Source: an uncultured Faecalibacterium sp.
GTDB taxonomy: Bacteria; Bacillota; Clostridia; Oscillospirales; Ruminococcaceae
Direction of reading: 5' to 3'
Length of the DNA: 64,000 nucleotides
Assembly: GCA_934501115.1 (NCBI GenBank)
Contig: CAKSTO010000001.1
Span: forward strand, 2,022-66,021
The position numbers were made by a program, and so were the translations under genes. The stretch's first letter is position 1; each line of letters starts with the position of its first letter. This document shows positions 45,845 through 54,977 of the stretch, one piece after another. The notes below the pieces were generated by a model. It saw nothing but the letters and a program-made list of their open reading frames with translations, was not told the origin of the DNA and made no database searches.

Positions 45845-47022
45845 AAATGATGGAACAGAAAAAGATCGGGATCGCCATTATTGGCGCAGGCGCGATTGCG
45901 GATGTACATATTAAGGCCTATGCGCAGTATCCGGATCTGTGCGAGGTGCGCGCGGTATGCGACCTTTTCCCGGAGAAAGCCGAACAACTCATTCAGGCAA
46001 ACGGGCTGACCGCTGCAAAAGCCTATAAGGACTGCAGGGAAGCCATTGTTTCCGGCGGCATCGATGCGGTGTCTATCTGCTTACCGCCGCAGATGCACGC
46101 GGAGATTGCCGTGGAAGCTCTGCACAGCGGCTGCCATGTCATCTGCGAAAAGCCTATGGCCTGCTCGCTGGAAGAGTGCGATGCCATGATCGCCGCAGCC
46201 AAAGAAAGCGGAAAGATCCTGAGCGTAGTGGTGCAGAATCGCTGCAAGACCCCCAACCAGAAGGTGAAAAAGATCCTGGACGAGGGGCTCATCGGCAAGG
46301 TGCTGTTTGCCACCGTGGATTCGCTGTGGTGGCGCGGCCAGAGCTACTACGACCTGTGGTGGCGCGGCACTTGGGATAAAGAGTCCTCCGGTGCGATGGC
46401 GAGCCACGGCGTGCACCATATCGACCTGATGCAGTGGATGCTTGGAATGCCGGAAAGCGTGTACGCGGTCATCCGCAATGTGGGGCACGATAACTCCGAG
46501 TGTGAGGATCTGGGCGTTGCCATCCTGAACTATCCGGATAAACTGGTGCGGCTTACCACCTCCATCGTGAACCATGACGAGGCGCAGGAGATACAGTTCA
46601 ACGGCGAAAAGGCCAGCATTGCAGTGCCGTGGAAGGTGGCGTCCAACACCTCCATGGTCAACGGGTTCCCTGAGGAAAACAGGGAAGAAGAGGCAAAGCT
46701 GCAAAAATATTACGACGAGCTGCCCGACCTTGAGCGCGAAGGCCACCCCGCTCAGCTGCTCAACTTCCTGCGGGCGATCCGCGGGGAAGAGGCGCTGTTT
46801 GTAGACGGCACCGAAGGCCGTAAGACCATTGAGCTGATCACTGCTATCTACAAATCCGCCAACACGGGTACCACTGTCACACTGCCCATCGCCGGTGACG
46901 ATGTGTACTACCAACGGGGCGGATTTGCTAAGGTGATGCCTCACTTCCACGAAAAACACCGCAGTGTGGAAAATTTTGTGGGTGCAAAGCCCATCACGCT
47001 GGGGCGTGACGTAGGCAAGTGA
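45841..47022 (+). CDS. Gfo/Idh/MocA-family oxidoreductase
   Basis: It has IGIAIIGAGAIADVHIKAY and the conserved EKP motif ICEKPMA. Confidence 0.85.
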   Translation: MKMMEQKKIGIAIIGAGAIADVHIKAYAQYPDLCEVRAVCDLFPEKAEQLIQANGLTAAKAYKDCREAIVSGGIDAVSICLPPQMHAEIAVEALHSGCHVICEKPMACSLEECDAMIAAAKESGKILSVVVQNRCKTPNQKVKKILDEGLIGKVLFATVDSLWWRGQSYYDLWWRGTWDKESSGAMASHGVHHIDLMQWMLGMPESVYAVIRNVGHDNSECEDLGVAILNYPDKLVRLTTSIVNHDEAQEIQFNGEKASIAVPWKVASNTSMVNGFPEENREEEAKLQKYYDELPDLEREGHPAQLLNFLRAIRGEEALFVDGTEGRKTIELITAIYKSANTGTTVTLPIAGDDVYYQRGGFAKVMPHFHEKHRSVENFVGAKPITLGRDVGK

Positions 47023-47264
47023 TGCAGCAGGATTCACCCGGAAAGCCATTGAAGATTGATTGCCGGTAAGCGAAAAGCCGGCGGCGGTCTGCGCCTGCTG
47101 CAACCTGCATGGTTTGTGGATGACGAAACTCTAAAAAATAAACGGGCTCCTGCCAGCGGCTGAACGCTTGCAGGAGTCTTTTTGCGTGCTGAATCTTTTC
47201 TGAAGGGAAAAACCATGGTATACTGAGGGCGACGACCCGGAACCGGCCATGGAGAAAAACAGAT

Positions 47265-47510
47265 GTGATCCGCTTGTGCGGAACGATGGCTGAATTGGAT
47301 TTCAGGGATTCATTCTGTAAGGTGTCTTGTCCGGTATTGATCGTTTGCGGCGAAAAGGACAACGCAAACAAAAAAGTCTCAAAAGAGCTTGCCGGTTATT
47401 TGAGCGATTCCTGTTTCCATGAACTCGTAAAAACGGGTCATGAAGCAAATATAGAATTTTCGGAGAAATTGGCAACCGTGTTACAGAGATTTTATGATCA
47501 GATCGAATAA
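47265..47510 (+). pseudogene. Remnant of the C-terminal part of an alpha/beta-hydrolase gene (low-GC fragment)
   Basis: The 81-aa ORF matches only the C-terminal end of alpha/beta hydrolases (CPVLIVCGEKD...GHEANIE). It has no upstream coding partner. GC here is much lower than in surrounding genes. Confidence 0.4.
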
Positions 47511-47543
47511 ATTCTGACCTGTCAAAGGAAGAGGACTGTAAAA

Positions 47544-47933
47544 ATGAACATCGAAGAACGGGCAGCACAGGCTGCCGCATGGAAAGCTGCCGGACAGTGC
47601 AACTGCGCACAGGCGGTGATGAAAGCATTTGAGGACAAGCTGCCGGTGGATGCCGACACCCTGATGAAGCTGGGCGCAGGCTATGCTGCCGGTATGGGCT
47701 GCTTGGAAAGCACCTGCGGTGCACTGATTGGCGCGGTAATGGTGGCAGGCGTCGCTACCGACGGTAAAGGCACGCCCCATATTTCCAAGGAATTGCTGCA
47801 AAATTTTGAGGAGAAGTGCGGCGCTACCCTCTGCAAGGATCTGAAGGGCGTGGAGACCGGCGCACCGCTGTGCCCCTGCCCGGAGTGCGTCCGCAGCGCA
47901 GTGCTGGCATTGAGTGAGGTGCTGGGGGAGTAA
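47544..47933 (+). CDS. C_GCAxxG_C_C-family redox protein
   Basis: GQCNCAQAVM...TCGALIGAVM...CPCPEC is the characteristic Cys pattern of this family. Confidence 0.7.
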   Translation: MNIEERAAQAAAWKAAGQCNCAQAVMKAFEDKLPVDADTLMKLGAGYAAGMGCLESTCGALIGAVMVAGVATDGKGTPHISKELLQNFEEKCGATLCKDLKGVETGAPLCPCPECVRSAVLALSEVLGE

Positions 47934-47934
47934 G

Positions 47935-48384
47935 ATGAAGAAGATCCTTTTCATCTGCCACGGCAATATCTGCCGCAGCCCCATGGCGGAATTTGTGATG
48001 AAGGACTTGGTGGAAAAGGCCGGGCTTTCCGCACAATTTGAGATCGCATCGGCAGCTACAAGCACTGAGGAGATCGGTAACACGGTCTATCCGCCTGCCC
48101 GGCGGAAGCTGGCAGAGCATGGCATCTCCTGTGCAGGCAAGACCGCCCGGCAGATGACCCGGCGGGACTATGAGAGGTTCGATCATCTCATTGCCATGGA
48201 TCACAACAACCTGCGGAACATGGCTCGCTTTGTTGGCAATGATCCGGATCGCAAGGTGTCGCTGCTGATGGATCACACCCGCCGCCCCGGCGATGTAGCA
48301 GACCCTTGGTACACCGGGGATTTTGAAGCCACGTGGCAGGATGTGCTGGAGGGCTGTACCGCACTGCTGGAAGAGCTGCGATAA
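47935..48384 (+). CDS. Low-molecular-weight protein tyrosine phosphatase (or arsenate-reductase-fold phosphatase)
   Basis: It has the CHGNICRSP P-loop (CX5R) and a downstream DP motif. Confidence 0.85.
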   Translation: MKKILFICHGNICRSPMAEFVMKDLVEKAGLSAQFEIASAATSTEEIGNTVYPPARRKLAEHGISCAGKTARQMTRRDYERFDHLIAMDHNNLRNMARFVGNDPDRKVSLLMDHTRRPGDVADPWYTGDFEATWQDVLEGCTALLEELR

Positions 48385-48451
48385 AAGAGGACAGATATGA
48401 CGGAACGTTATTCTGAAGGATTGCAGTCTGAAATACAACACCTTTACCGAA

Positions 48452-48706
48452 ATGAACTTTAACCGTTTCGATTTTTCAAACGGGAACGAGATCGTGGGCT
48501 CCATGTTTGCAAAGTGTGAGATGCAGCTGACAAATTTCAAGGGCACCGAGCTGCACGAAACGGAATTCTACCAGTGCGATTTGCGGAAAGCGGACTTCCG
48601 GGATGCTGCAGGCTACAAGGTGGATATTCTGGGCAGCACGGCAGCCAGACGTGAATCGGGTCTTTTCTTTTGTGGCAGGGGAGTGTATACTGGAAGCAGC
48701 TTTTGA
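48452..48706 (+). CDS. Short pentapeptide-repeat protein (possibly a truncated fragment)
   Basis: Repeats of the A(D/N)LxG type are visible (TNFKGTELHETEFYQCDLRKADFRDAAGYKVD). It is only 84 aa. Confidence 0.4.
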   Translation: MNFNRFDFSNGNEIVGSMFAKCEMQLTNFKGTELHETEFYQCDLRKADFRDAAGYKVDILGSTAARRESGLFFCGRGVYTGSSF

Positions 48707-48747
48707 GCGTTTCTTCTCAGAATAAGAAGTGTAAAGGAGATACAGCT

Positions 48748-49629
48748 ATGCAGGCAACCATTCAAAACGATTTTTTGACCCTCACGGTGGATACTCACGG
48801 TGCCGAAGCCGTCAGCCTGAAAAATGCAGCGGGCGAAGAGCTGCTTTGGCAGGCCGACCCGGCTGTGTGGAAGCGCCACGCACCCATTCTATTCCCGTGG
48901 ACGGGCAAGCTGCCCGGCGGAACCTTTGAGGTGGATGGAAAAACGTACAAGGGAGGTCAGCACGGCTTTGCTCGTGATTTGGAGCACACTTTGCTCAAGG
49001 CGGAAGGGGATACCATCCAGCTGGAGCTGCGCTCGGATGATGCCATCAAGGCTGAGCGCTTCCCCTTTGATTTTGTGCTCACCAGCACTTTCCGGCTGGA
49101 CGGAAAGACTGTGCACCACACCCTGCAGGTGACGAATCCGGGCAGCGGGGAGCTGCGGTTCGGCATCGGCTATCACCCTGCGTTCAACATTCCCTTCGAC
49201 GATCAGCACACCACCAAAGATTACGAGTTCCGCTTTGACCGGCCGGAGAGCCCGGTCATCCTCGACGCCTGCCCCAACGGCCTGCTGAGCGGCAAGTGCT
49301 ATTATCAGTGGAAAAACCAGCAGGCGATCCCGCTGACCGATGACCTGTTTGCCAACGACAGCTTCTGCATGGCAGGCCTGCGCACCAGAATCATCAGCAT
49401 CTGTGAAAAGGACACCGGCCGCAGGATCACCTGCAATGTGGAAGGCTACCCCTATTCGCTCATCTGGTCGGCTCCCGCAAAGCCGGTGCGGTTTGTGTGC
49501 ATCGAGCCGTGGCACAGCCTGCCTGCCGCTGAGACCGATCCGCAGGCGTGGAGCCAGCGTGCAGCCGCCGCCTGCCTTGCCCCGGGTGAAAGCTGGGAAA
49601 CCACACTGAGCACCACGTTTGAACGATAA
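48748..49629 (+). CDS. Aldose 1-epimerase (mutarotase) family protein
   Basis: It has an HGFAR-like motif (GGQHGFARD) and a galactose-mutarotase-like beta-sandwich of length ~293 aa. Confidence 0.8.
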   Translation: MQATIQNDFLTLTVDTHGAEAVSLKNAAGEELLWQADPAVWKRHAPILFPWTGKLPGGTFEVDGKTYKGGQHGFARDLEHTLLKAEGDTIQLELRSDDAIKAERFPFDFVLTSTFRLDGKTVHHTLQVTNPGSGELRFGIGYHPAFNIPFDDQHTTKDYEFRFDRPESPVILDACPNGLLSGKCYYQWKNQQAIPLTDDLFANDSFCMAGLRTRIISICEKDTGRRITCNVEGYPYSLIWSAPAKPVRFVCIEPWHSLPAAETDPQAWSQRAAAACLAPGESWETTLSTTFER

Positions 49630-49659
49630 AAAAGCACGCAGAAACGAAGCTGCGTGCAC

Positions 49660-49789
49660 TTGACAGAACCTTTGAAAATGAGTATACTGTAAACAGAAAA
49701 GGCACTGCGACAAGCGGTCAGCCTTTTTGATGAACAGTCTTAGAAACTAAGAACCGTCACCGGCCAGGGTGGCGGTTCTCGCTTTTTAC
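49660..49789 (+). ncRNA. Candidate small antisense RNA: near-consensus promoter (TTGACA-17-TATACT) driving a ~95-nt non-coding transcript that ends at an intrinsic terminator
   Basis: TTGACA is at 49660-49665 and TATACT at 49683-49688. No ORF longer than 6 codons follows. An 11-bp hairpin gaaccgtcacc/ggtggcggttc plus tcgcttttt lies at 49751-49789. The transcript is fully complementary to the 3' end and 3' UTR of the minus-strand small ORF. Confidence 0.4.
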
Positions 49790-49840
49790 CTTGATAGTAA
49801 ATACCAATCCGAAGATATGGAATGTCAAAGTAATTGGCAT
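49757..49840 (-). CDS. Candidate type I toxin-like small hydrophobic peptide (27 aa)
   Basis: An ideal RBS AAAGGAGGTG lies 7 nt upstream of the ATG. The peptide is MPITLTFHIFGLVFTIKVKSENRHPGR. A possible promoter TTGTAA-17-TATCAT lies upstream at 49921-49949 on the minus strand. The 3' end of the ORF is overlapped by the convergent plus-strand sRNA. Confidence 0.35.
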   Translation of the reverse strand: MPITLTFHIFGLVFTIKVKSENRHPGR

Positions 49841-49950
49841 GAGCTTCACCTCCTTTCGGAAGTGGGGCCGAACCGCCTGCCGTTGTATGCAGTGCCTTGC
49901 CGCCTGAAAGCGACAAATTCATGATAACACAAAAATTGTCAAATTACAAG

Positions 49951-49983
49951 AAAAAACGGAGCACCGAAGTGTTCCGTTTTTTG
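49951..49983. terminator. Bidirectional intrinsic terminator downstream of proS
   Basis: It reads aaaaaacggagcaccgaagtgttccgttttttg: a hairpin flanked by an A-run and a T-run. Confidence 0.6.
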
Positions 49984-50007
49984 TTATATTGTCAGTAAAA
50001 GGAAAGC

Positions 50008-51447
50008 TTAGTACGCCACGCCCCAGTAGACCATGGTCTTGGCGGGCTTGCCGCAGCAGGGGCACACATCGCTCAGGTGTTCCTGCTCAAAGGGCATGCA
50101 GCGGCTGGACAGGCCGACTTCTTCCTTCATCTTCATTTCGCAGGCAAGGTCGCCGCACCACATGGTCTTGATGTAGCCGGTGTTTGCCTTGGCCAGTTCC
50201 TTCACCTCATCCATGGTGGTAGCTGCCCAGGTGCGCTTCTCACGGTTGGCGAGGGCACGCTCGTACAGATCCTTGCGCAGAGCTTCCAGCTGGGCGGGGA
50301 TGGCGGTCTCCAGCTCGTCCAGAGAGACAAAGACCTTTTCGCGGGTGTCGCGGCGCACCAGCACGCACTGGTTCTTTTCCAGATCCTTGGGGCCGATCTC
50401 CAGACGCAGAGGCACGCCCTTCATCTCCCACTGAGAGAACTTCCAGCCCGGGGCATTGTCGCTGTCATCCAGCTTCACGCGGGCATACTTGCTGATCTTC
50501 TCAGCCAGCTCGGCAGCCTTCTCGCTGACGCCGGGCTTGTGGGCGGCGATGGGCACCACAACGACCTGAATGGGAGCCACTGCCGGGGGCAGGATCAGGC
50601 CGTCGTCGTCGCCGTGGGTCATGATGATGGCACCCACCAGACGGGTGGAAACGCCCCAGCTGGTCTGGAACGGATGATGCAGCTGGTTATCACGGCCGGT
50701 AAAGGTGACGTCGTAGGCCTTGCTGAACTTATCGCCAAAGTAGTGGCTGGTGCCGCTCTGCAGAGCCTTGCCGTCCTTCATCATGGCCTCGATGGTGTAG
50801 GTGGCCTCAGCACCGGCAAACTTTTCTTTGTCGGTCTTGCGGCCCTTCACCACGGGGATGGCCAGATCCTGCTCGCAGACGTCTGCGTAGCAGTTCAGCT
50901 GCTGCTGGGTCTCAGCCTCCGCCTCGGCGGCAGTCTCGTGGATGGTGTGGCCTTCCTGCCACCAGAACTCGCGGCTGCGCAGGAAGGGACGGGTGGTCTT
51001 TTCCCAGCGCACCACGCTGCACCACTGGTTGTACTTCATGGGAAGCTCGCGGTAGCTGTGCAGCACGCGGGACCAGTGGTCGCAGAACATGGTCTCGCTG
51101 GTGGGACGCACGGCCAGACGCTCTTCCAGCTTGTCGGAACCGCCCATCGTGACCCACGCCACCTCCGGCGCGAAGCCATTGACCAGTTCGCCTTCCTTCT
51201 GCAGCAGGCTTTCCGGGATCAGCACGGGCATTGCCACGTTCTCATGGCCGGTGGCCTTGAAGCGGGCATCCATGTCCTTCTGGATCAGCTCCCAGATGGC
51301 CTGACCATAGGGGCGCAGGATGATGAAACCCTTCACACTGGAATACTCCACCAGCTCTGCCTTGACGCAGATGTCGGTGTACCACTGTGCAAAGTTTTCC
51401 TCCTGACTGGTGATCGCCTGTACGAGCTTCTTTGAATCTTTTGCCAT
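50008..51447 (-). CDS. proS: Proline--tRNA ligase (archaeal/eukaryote-like type)
   Basis: It has class II aaRS motifs and a C-terminal zinc-binding domain typical of ProRS type 3 ([23 protein letters not shown]). It has a GGGAGG RBS. Confidence 0.9.
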   Translation of the reverse strand: MAKDSKKLVQAITSQEENFAQWYTDICVKAELVEYSSVKGFIILRPYGQAIWELIQKDMDARFKATGHENVAMPVLIPESLLQKEGELVNGFAPEVAWVTMGGSDKLEERLAVRPTSETMFCDHWSRVLHSYRELPMKYNQWCSVVRWEKTTRPFLRSREFWWQEGHTIHETAAEAEAETQQQLNCYADVCEQDLAIPVVKGRKTDKEKFAGAEATYTIEAMMKDGKALQSGTSHYFGDKFSKAYDVTFTGRDNQLHHPFQTSWGVSTRLVGAIIMTHGDDDGLILPPAVAPIQVVVVPIAAHKPGVSEKAAELAEKISKYARVKLDDSDNAPGWKFSQWEMKGVPLRLEIGPKDLEKNQCVLVRRDTREKVFVSLDELETAIPAQLEALRKDLYERALANREKRTWAATTMDEVKELAKANTGYIKTMWCGDLACEMKMKEEVGLSSRCMPFEQEHLSDVCPCCGKPAKTMVYWGVAY

Positions 51448-51569
51448 TTGTATTTATCCTCCCAAGGCCGTGCGCCAAACGCTGTGCGTTCCGCACGAAC
51501 CGTAATAAAGCCCCGCCTGCAGCCGCGGCCGGGTGCCGCAGCGCGGAGAACGGGGCTTTTCGACTGAAA

Positions 51570-51806
51570 TCAGTTCTGCGCGTGGCTGTCCACAAAGTTT
51601 ACCACATCGCCCACGGTGCGCAGGGACTCGATGGCATCGTCCGGCACCTCGATGCCGAACTCATCCTCCAGCGTCATCACCATGTCCACGATGTCCAGAC
51701 TGTCGGCCTCAAAATCGCTCATGATGTCACTGTCCATCGTGATCTTTGCAGGGTCAACGTCCAGCTGCTCCGCCAGCAATGCACGGATTTTTTCAAAAGT
51801 ATCCAT
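51570..51806 (-). CDS. acpP: Acyl carrier protein
   Basis: The protein is 78 aa, and DSLDIVDMVM contains the phosphopantetheine-attachment Ser. The ORF track over-extends it to 52025. Confidence 0.9.
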   Translation of the reverse strand: MDTFEKIRALLAEQLDVDPAKITMDSDIMSDFEADSLDIVDMVMTLEDEFGIEVPDDAIESLRTVGDVVNFVDSHAQN

Positions 51807-52080
51807 TCCGGTGGTCTCCTTTTTGCAGTTGTATTGCCTGTTTTGCACACCTGTGCCATGCGTCGGTGCGGCACAGCAGAGTCGGCTGTACAAAACGCTC
51901 TCTTTTTTTATATCCCATGCCATGCGTCTTGTCAAGCCCTGTTTTCCATTCTGCCGGATTCCTTTGCGAAAAATTGCCGGAAACCTGCTTTTTCGCTTGA
52001 CAGATGGCCTTCGGTTTCTTATCATTATATAGTAGCAAGTTTAAGGAGACATACTGAAAGTCCCCGAAGGAGTTTTGAGC

Positions 52081-52920
52081 ATGAAGCTTTCATTTACCAA
52101 AATGCAGGGGTGTGCCAACGACTACATCTATCTGGACTGCCGCAAAAGTGGTGTGCCGGAGAATATCGCAGCTCTTTCAGAAAAATTGTCCCGGCGGCAT
52201 TTTTCCATCGGAGCCGACGGCATCATCTGCATCTGCGCTGCACAGACGGCAGGCGCCGACGGCATGATGCGCATCTTCAACGCCGACGGCAGCGAAGGCA
52301 GGATGTGCGGCAACGGCATCCGCTGCGTGGCCGAGTGGCTGTATACCCACGGCATTGCCAAAGAGACCCTTGCCATTGACACCCTCAGCGGTCTGAAGAC
52401 CGTCACCCGCAAGGGCGAGGGTCTGTGGCAGGTGGAGATGGGTGCTTACAGCACACTGCCCGCTGACCTGCCCGCTGTAAATATGGGCGAGGAGCCGTTG
52501 GTGGACAAGACTCTGACTGTAGACGGCAAAAACTGGCAGGTGACCTGTATCAATGTGGGCAACCCTCACTGCGTGACCGTGGTGGAGAATGTGGACAGCC
52601 TGAAGCTGGAGGACATCGGCCCCGGCTTTGAGCACCACGCAAACTTCCCGGAGCGCATCAACACCGAGTTCGTGCAGGTGGCGGATGCCACCCACCTGAA
52701 AATGCGGGTGTGGGAGCGCGGCAGCGGCGAGACATGGGCCTGCGGCACCGGCACCTGCGCCACTGTGGCAGCCCTGACCGAGCTGGGCATCTGCCCAGCC
52801 GGGGAGAACATCCATGTGCAGCTGCGGGGCGGTGTGCTGACCATCCGGGTATTGCCCGGCCGCCAGCTGCTGATGACCGGTGCTGCCGAAACCGTGTGCG
52901 AGGGCACGACGGAAGTGTAA
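52081..52920 (+). CDS. dapF: Diaminopimelate epimerase
   Basis: It has MQGCANDYIYLD... and the two catalytic Cys contexts GNGIRC and CGTGTCA. It has a GAAGGAG RBS. Confidence 0.9.
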   Translation: MKLSFTKMQGCANDYIYLDCRKSGVPENIAALSEKLSRRHFSIGADGIICICAAQTAGADGMMRIFNADGSEGRMCGNGIRCVAEWLYTHGIAKETLAIDTLSGLKTVTRKGEGLWQVEMGAYSTLPADLPAVNMGEEPLVDKTLTVDGKNWQVTCINVGNPHCVTVVENVDSLKLEDIGPGFEHHANFPERINTEFVQVADATHLKMRVWERGSGETWACGTGTCATVAALTELGICPAGENIHVQLRGGVLTIRVLPGRQLLMTGAAETVCEGTTEV

Positions 52921-52930
52921 GAGAAACGTC

Positions 52931-53067
52931 CTCGCCCTCTCCGTCACGGCTTTGCCGTGCCACCTCTCCCAAAGGGAGAGGCCTTGGCAAAACTGCGGAC
53001 TTTGCCGCACTGCCAAAGGCTTCCCCTTTGGGGGAGCTGACGCCCGTGGGCGGCTGAGAGGGCGAGC
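52931..53067 (-). repeat. Copy B of the intergenic repeat family, inverted relative to copy A
   Basis: Its start cctcgccctctccgtcacgg...gccacctctcccaaagggagaggc is the reverse complement of the end of copy A. It also contains the cccctttgggggagc hairpin. Confidence 0.7.
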
Positions 53068-53095
53068 GATCAATTATAAAGTGAGGGAAAGTATT

Positions 53096-54283
53096 ATGAA
53101 GATGAACAAACACTACAACGAGCTGAAGGCCAGCTATCTGTTCGTGGACATTGCCCACAAGGTGGCTGCTTATCAGGAAGCACACCCGGAAAAGGAGATC
53201 ATCCGTCTGGGCATCGGCGATGTGACCCAGCCGCTGGCAAAGTGCGTGGTCAAGGCCATGCGTGACGCTGCCGACGAAATGGGCACAAAGGAAGGCTTCC
53301 ACGGCTATGGCCCGGAGCAGGGCTACCCCTTCCTGAAGCAGGCCATTCAGGGCTACTACGCAGGCCGCGGTACCCAGCTGGCAGAGGACGAAATTTTCAT
53401 TTCGGACGGTGCCAAGAGCGATCTGGCCAATGTGCTGGGCCTGTTCGATGTGGACAACACCGTGCTGGTGCCGGACCCCGTTTACCCCACCTATGTGGAC
53501 GACAATGTGACCGACGGTCGTAAGATCATCTACAGCCGCACCGGGCAGGAGAACGGATTCCTCGGCATGCCGGACGAGAACGTAAAGGCAGACATCATCT
53601 ATATCTGCAGCCCCAATAACCCCACCGGTGCCGCCTACACCCGCGCACAACTGAAGGCATGGGTGGATTACGCCCGCAAGAACGATGCCATCATTCTGTA
53701 CGATGCCGCCTACGAGTGCTTTATCTCGGACGGCGAGCTGGCCCGCAGCATCTTCGAGATCGAGGGTGCACGTGAGTGCGCCGTGGAGATCTGCTCCTTC
53801 TCCAAAATCGCAGGCTTCACCGGCACCCGCTGCGGCTACACCGTGGTGCCCAAGGAGCTGGAGCGCGAGGGCATGAACATCAATAAGCTGTGGCTGCGCC
53901 GCCAGACCACCAAGTTCAACGGTGTGCCTTACGTGGTGCAGCGCGCCGCCGCTGCGGTGTTCACCGAGAGCGGCATGGCCGAGATCCAGCAGAATCTGGA
54001 CTACTACCGCAAGAATGCCAAGGTCATTGCGGACGCTCTGGACGAGTGCGGCGTGTGGTACTGCGGCGGCAAGAACAGCCCCTACATCTGGCTGCGCTGC
54101 CCCGGTAACATGAAGAGCTGGGAGTTCTTCGACTGGCTGCTGGAAAACTGCGGCGTGGTGGGCACCCCCGGTGTTGGCTTCGGTGAGTGCGGCGAGGGCT
54201 ACTTCCGCCTGACCGCTTTCGGCGACGCCGAAAAGACCAAGCTGGCTGCCGAGCGCATCAAGGCTGCCATCAAGGCACTGTAA
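53096..54283 (+). CDS. dapL: LL-diaminopimelate aminotransferase
   Basis: It is a PLP fold-type I aminotransferase with the typical DapL N-terminus MNKHYNELKASYLFVDIAHKV and the Lys region SFSKIAGFTGTRCGY. Confidence 0.85.
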   Translation: MKMNKHYNELKASYLFVDIAHKVAAYQEAHPEKEIIRLGIGDVTQPLAKCVVKAMRDAADEMGTKEGFHGYGPEQGYPFLKQAIQGYYAGRGTQLAEDEIFISDGAKSDLANVLGLFDVDNTVLVPDPVYPTYVDDNVTDGRKIIYSRTGQENGFLGMPDENVKADIIYICSPNNPTGAAYTRAQLKAWVDYARKNDAIILYDAAYECFISDGELARSIFEIEGARECAVEICSFSKIAGFTGTRCGYTVVPKELEREGMNINKLWLRRQTTKFNGVPYVVQRAAAAVFTESGMAEIQQNLDYYRKNAKVIADALDECGVWYCGGKNSPYIWLRCPGNMKSWEFFDWLLENCGVVGTPGVGFGECGEGYFRLTAFGDAEKTKLAAERIKAAIKAL

Positions 54284-54374
54284 AAAATCTAAAATACTTT
54301 GGGCCATTGCACGGTTTTGTGTAATGGCCTTTTTTATTTGAGCGGAAAATTATTTGAGAGTGATTACGGGATGA

Positions 54375-54507
54375 ACCCTCTCAGTCATCGCTTATGCGAT
54401 GCCAGCTCTCCCGAAGGGCGAGCTTTTGGATGAGCCGGAAAGATTGGCCTTCTCGATAAAGCTCCCCCTTCGGGGGAGCTGCTGAGCGCAGCGAAGCTGA
54501 GAGGGTT
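54375..54507 (-). repeat. Copy C of the intergenic repeat family
   Basis: It has the accctctc...gagaggg termini and the gctcccccttcgggggagc hairpin. Confidence 0.65.
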
Positions 54508-54603
54508 TCTCTATCACTTTTTCGCCTTTACTCTTGACAAACCTGTATCTACTGTATATACTGTACATATACAGACGAAACGCAAGTACCAAAGGAGCAG
54601 CCG

Positions 54604-54975
54604 ATGGAACTGTTTATCAACAACAAAAGCGGCGCGCCCATCTATGACCAGATCTACAACCAGATCAAGCAGCAGATCATCAGCGGGGCTTTGCAGCCGG
54701 ACGAGGCCATGCCCTCCATCCGGGGGCTGGCGCGGGATCTGCGCATCAGCGTCATTACCACCAAGCGCGCCTACGATGAACTGGAAAAAGAGGGCTTTCT
54801 TTACGCAGTACCGGCAAAGGGCTTTTTTGTAGCCCCGAAAAACACCGAGTTGCTGCGGGAAGAAAACCTGAAAAAGATTGAAGCGCATCTTACCGAGGCC
54901 GTCCGCCTGTCTGCATCCTGCGGGCTGAGCAGGGAAGAGCTGCGGGAGATGCTGGAACTGCTGTGGGAGGGCTGA
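54604..54975 (+). CDS. GntR-family transcriptional regulator, YtrA subfamily
   Basis: The protein is 123 aa. APIYDQIYNQIKQQIISGALQPDEAMPSIRGLARDLRISVITTKRAY is a GntR HTH with a short C-terminus typical of YtrA. Confidence 0.8.
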   Translation: MELFINNKSGAPIYDQIYNQIKQQIISGALQPDEAMPSIRGLARDLRISVITTKRAYDELEKEGFLYAVPAKGFFVAPKNTELLREENLKKIEAHLTEAVRLSASCGLSREELREMLELLWEG

Positions 54976-54977
54976 AC

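Noticed and set aside
49740-49922. 60-aa minus-strand ORF from the track (MNLSLSGGKALHTT…) in the proS/mutarotase intergenic region
   Set aside because: It has no RBS and is in a different frame from the 27-aa ORF that does have an ideal RBS. It is probably a chance frame across the sRNA/terminator region.
51448-51570. T-box leader upstream of proS
   Set aside because: The region contains a GC hairpin that is the acpP terminator and a good RBS for proS, but no T-box consensus sequence.
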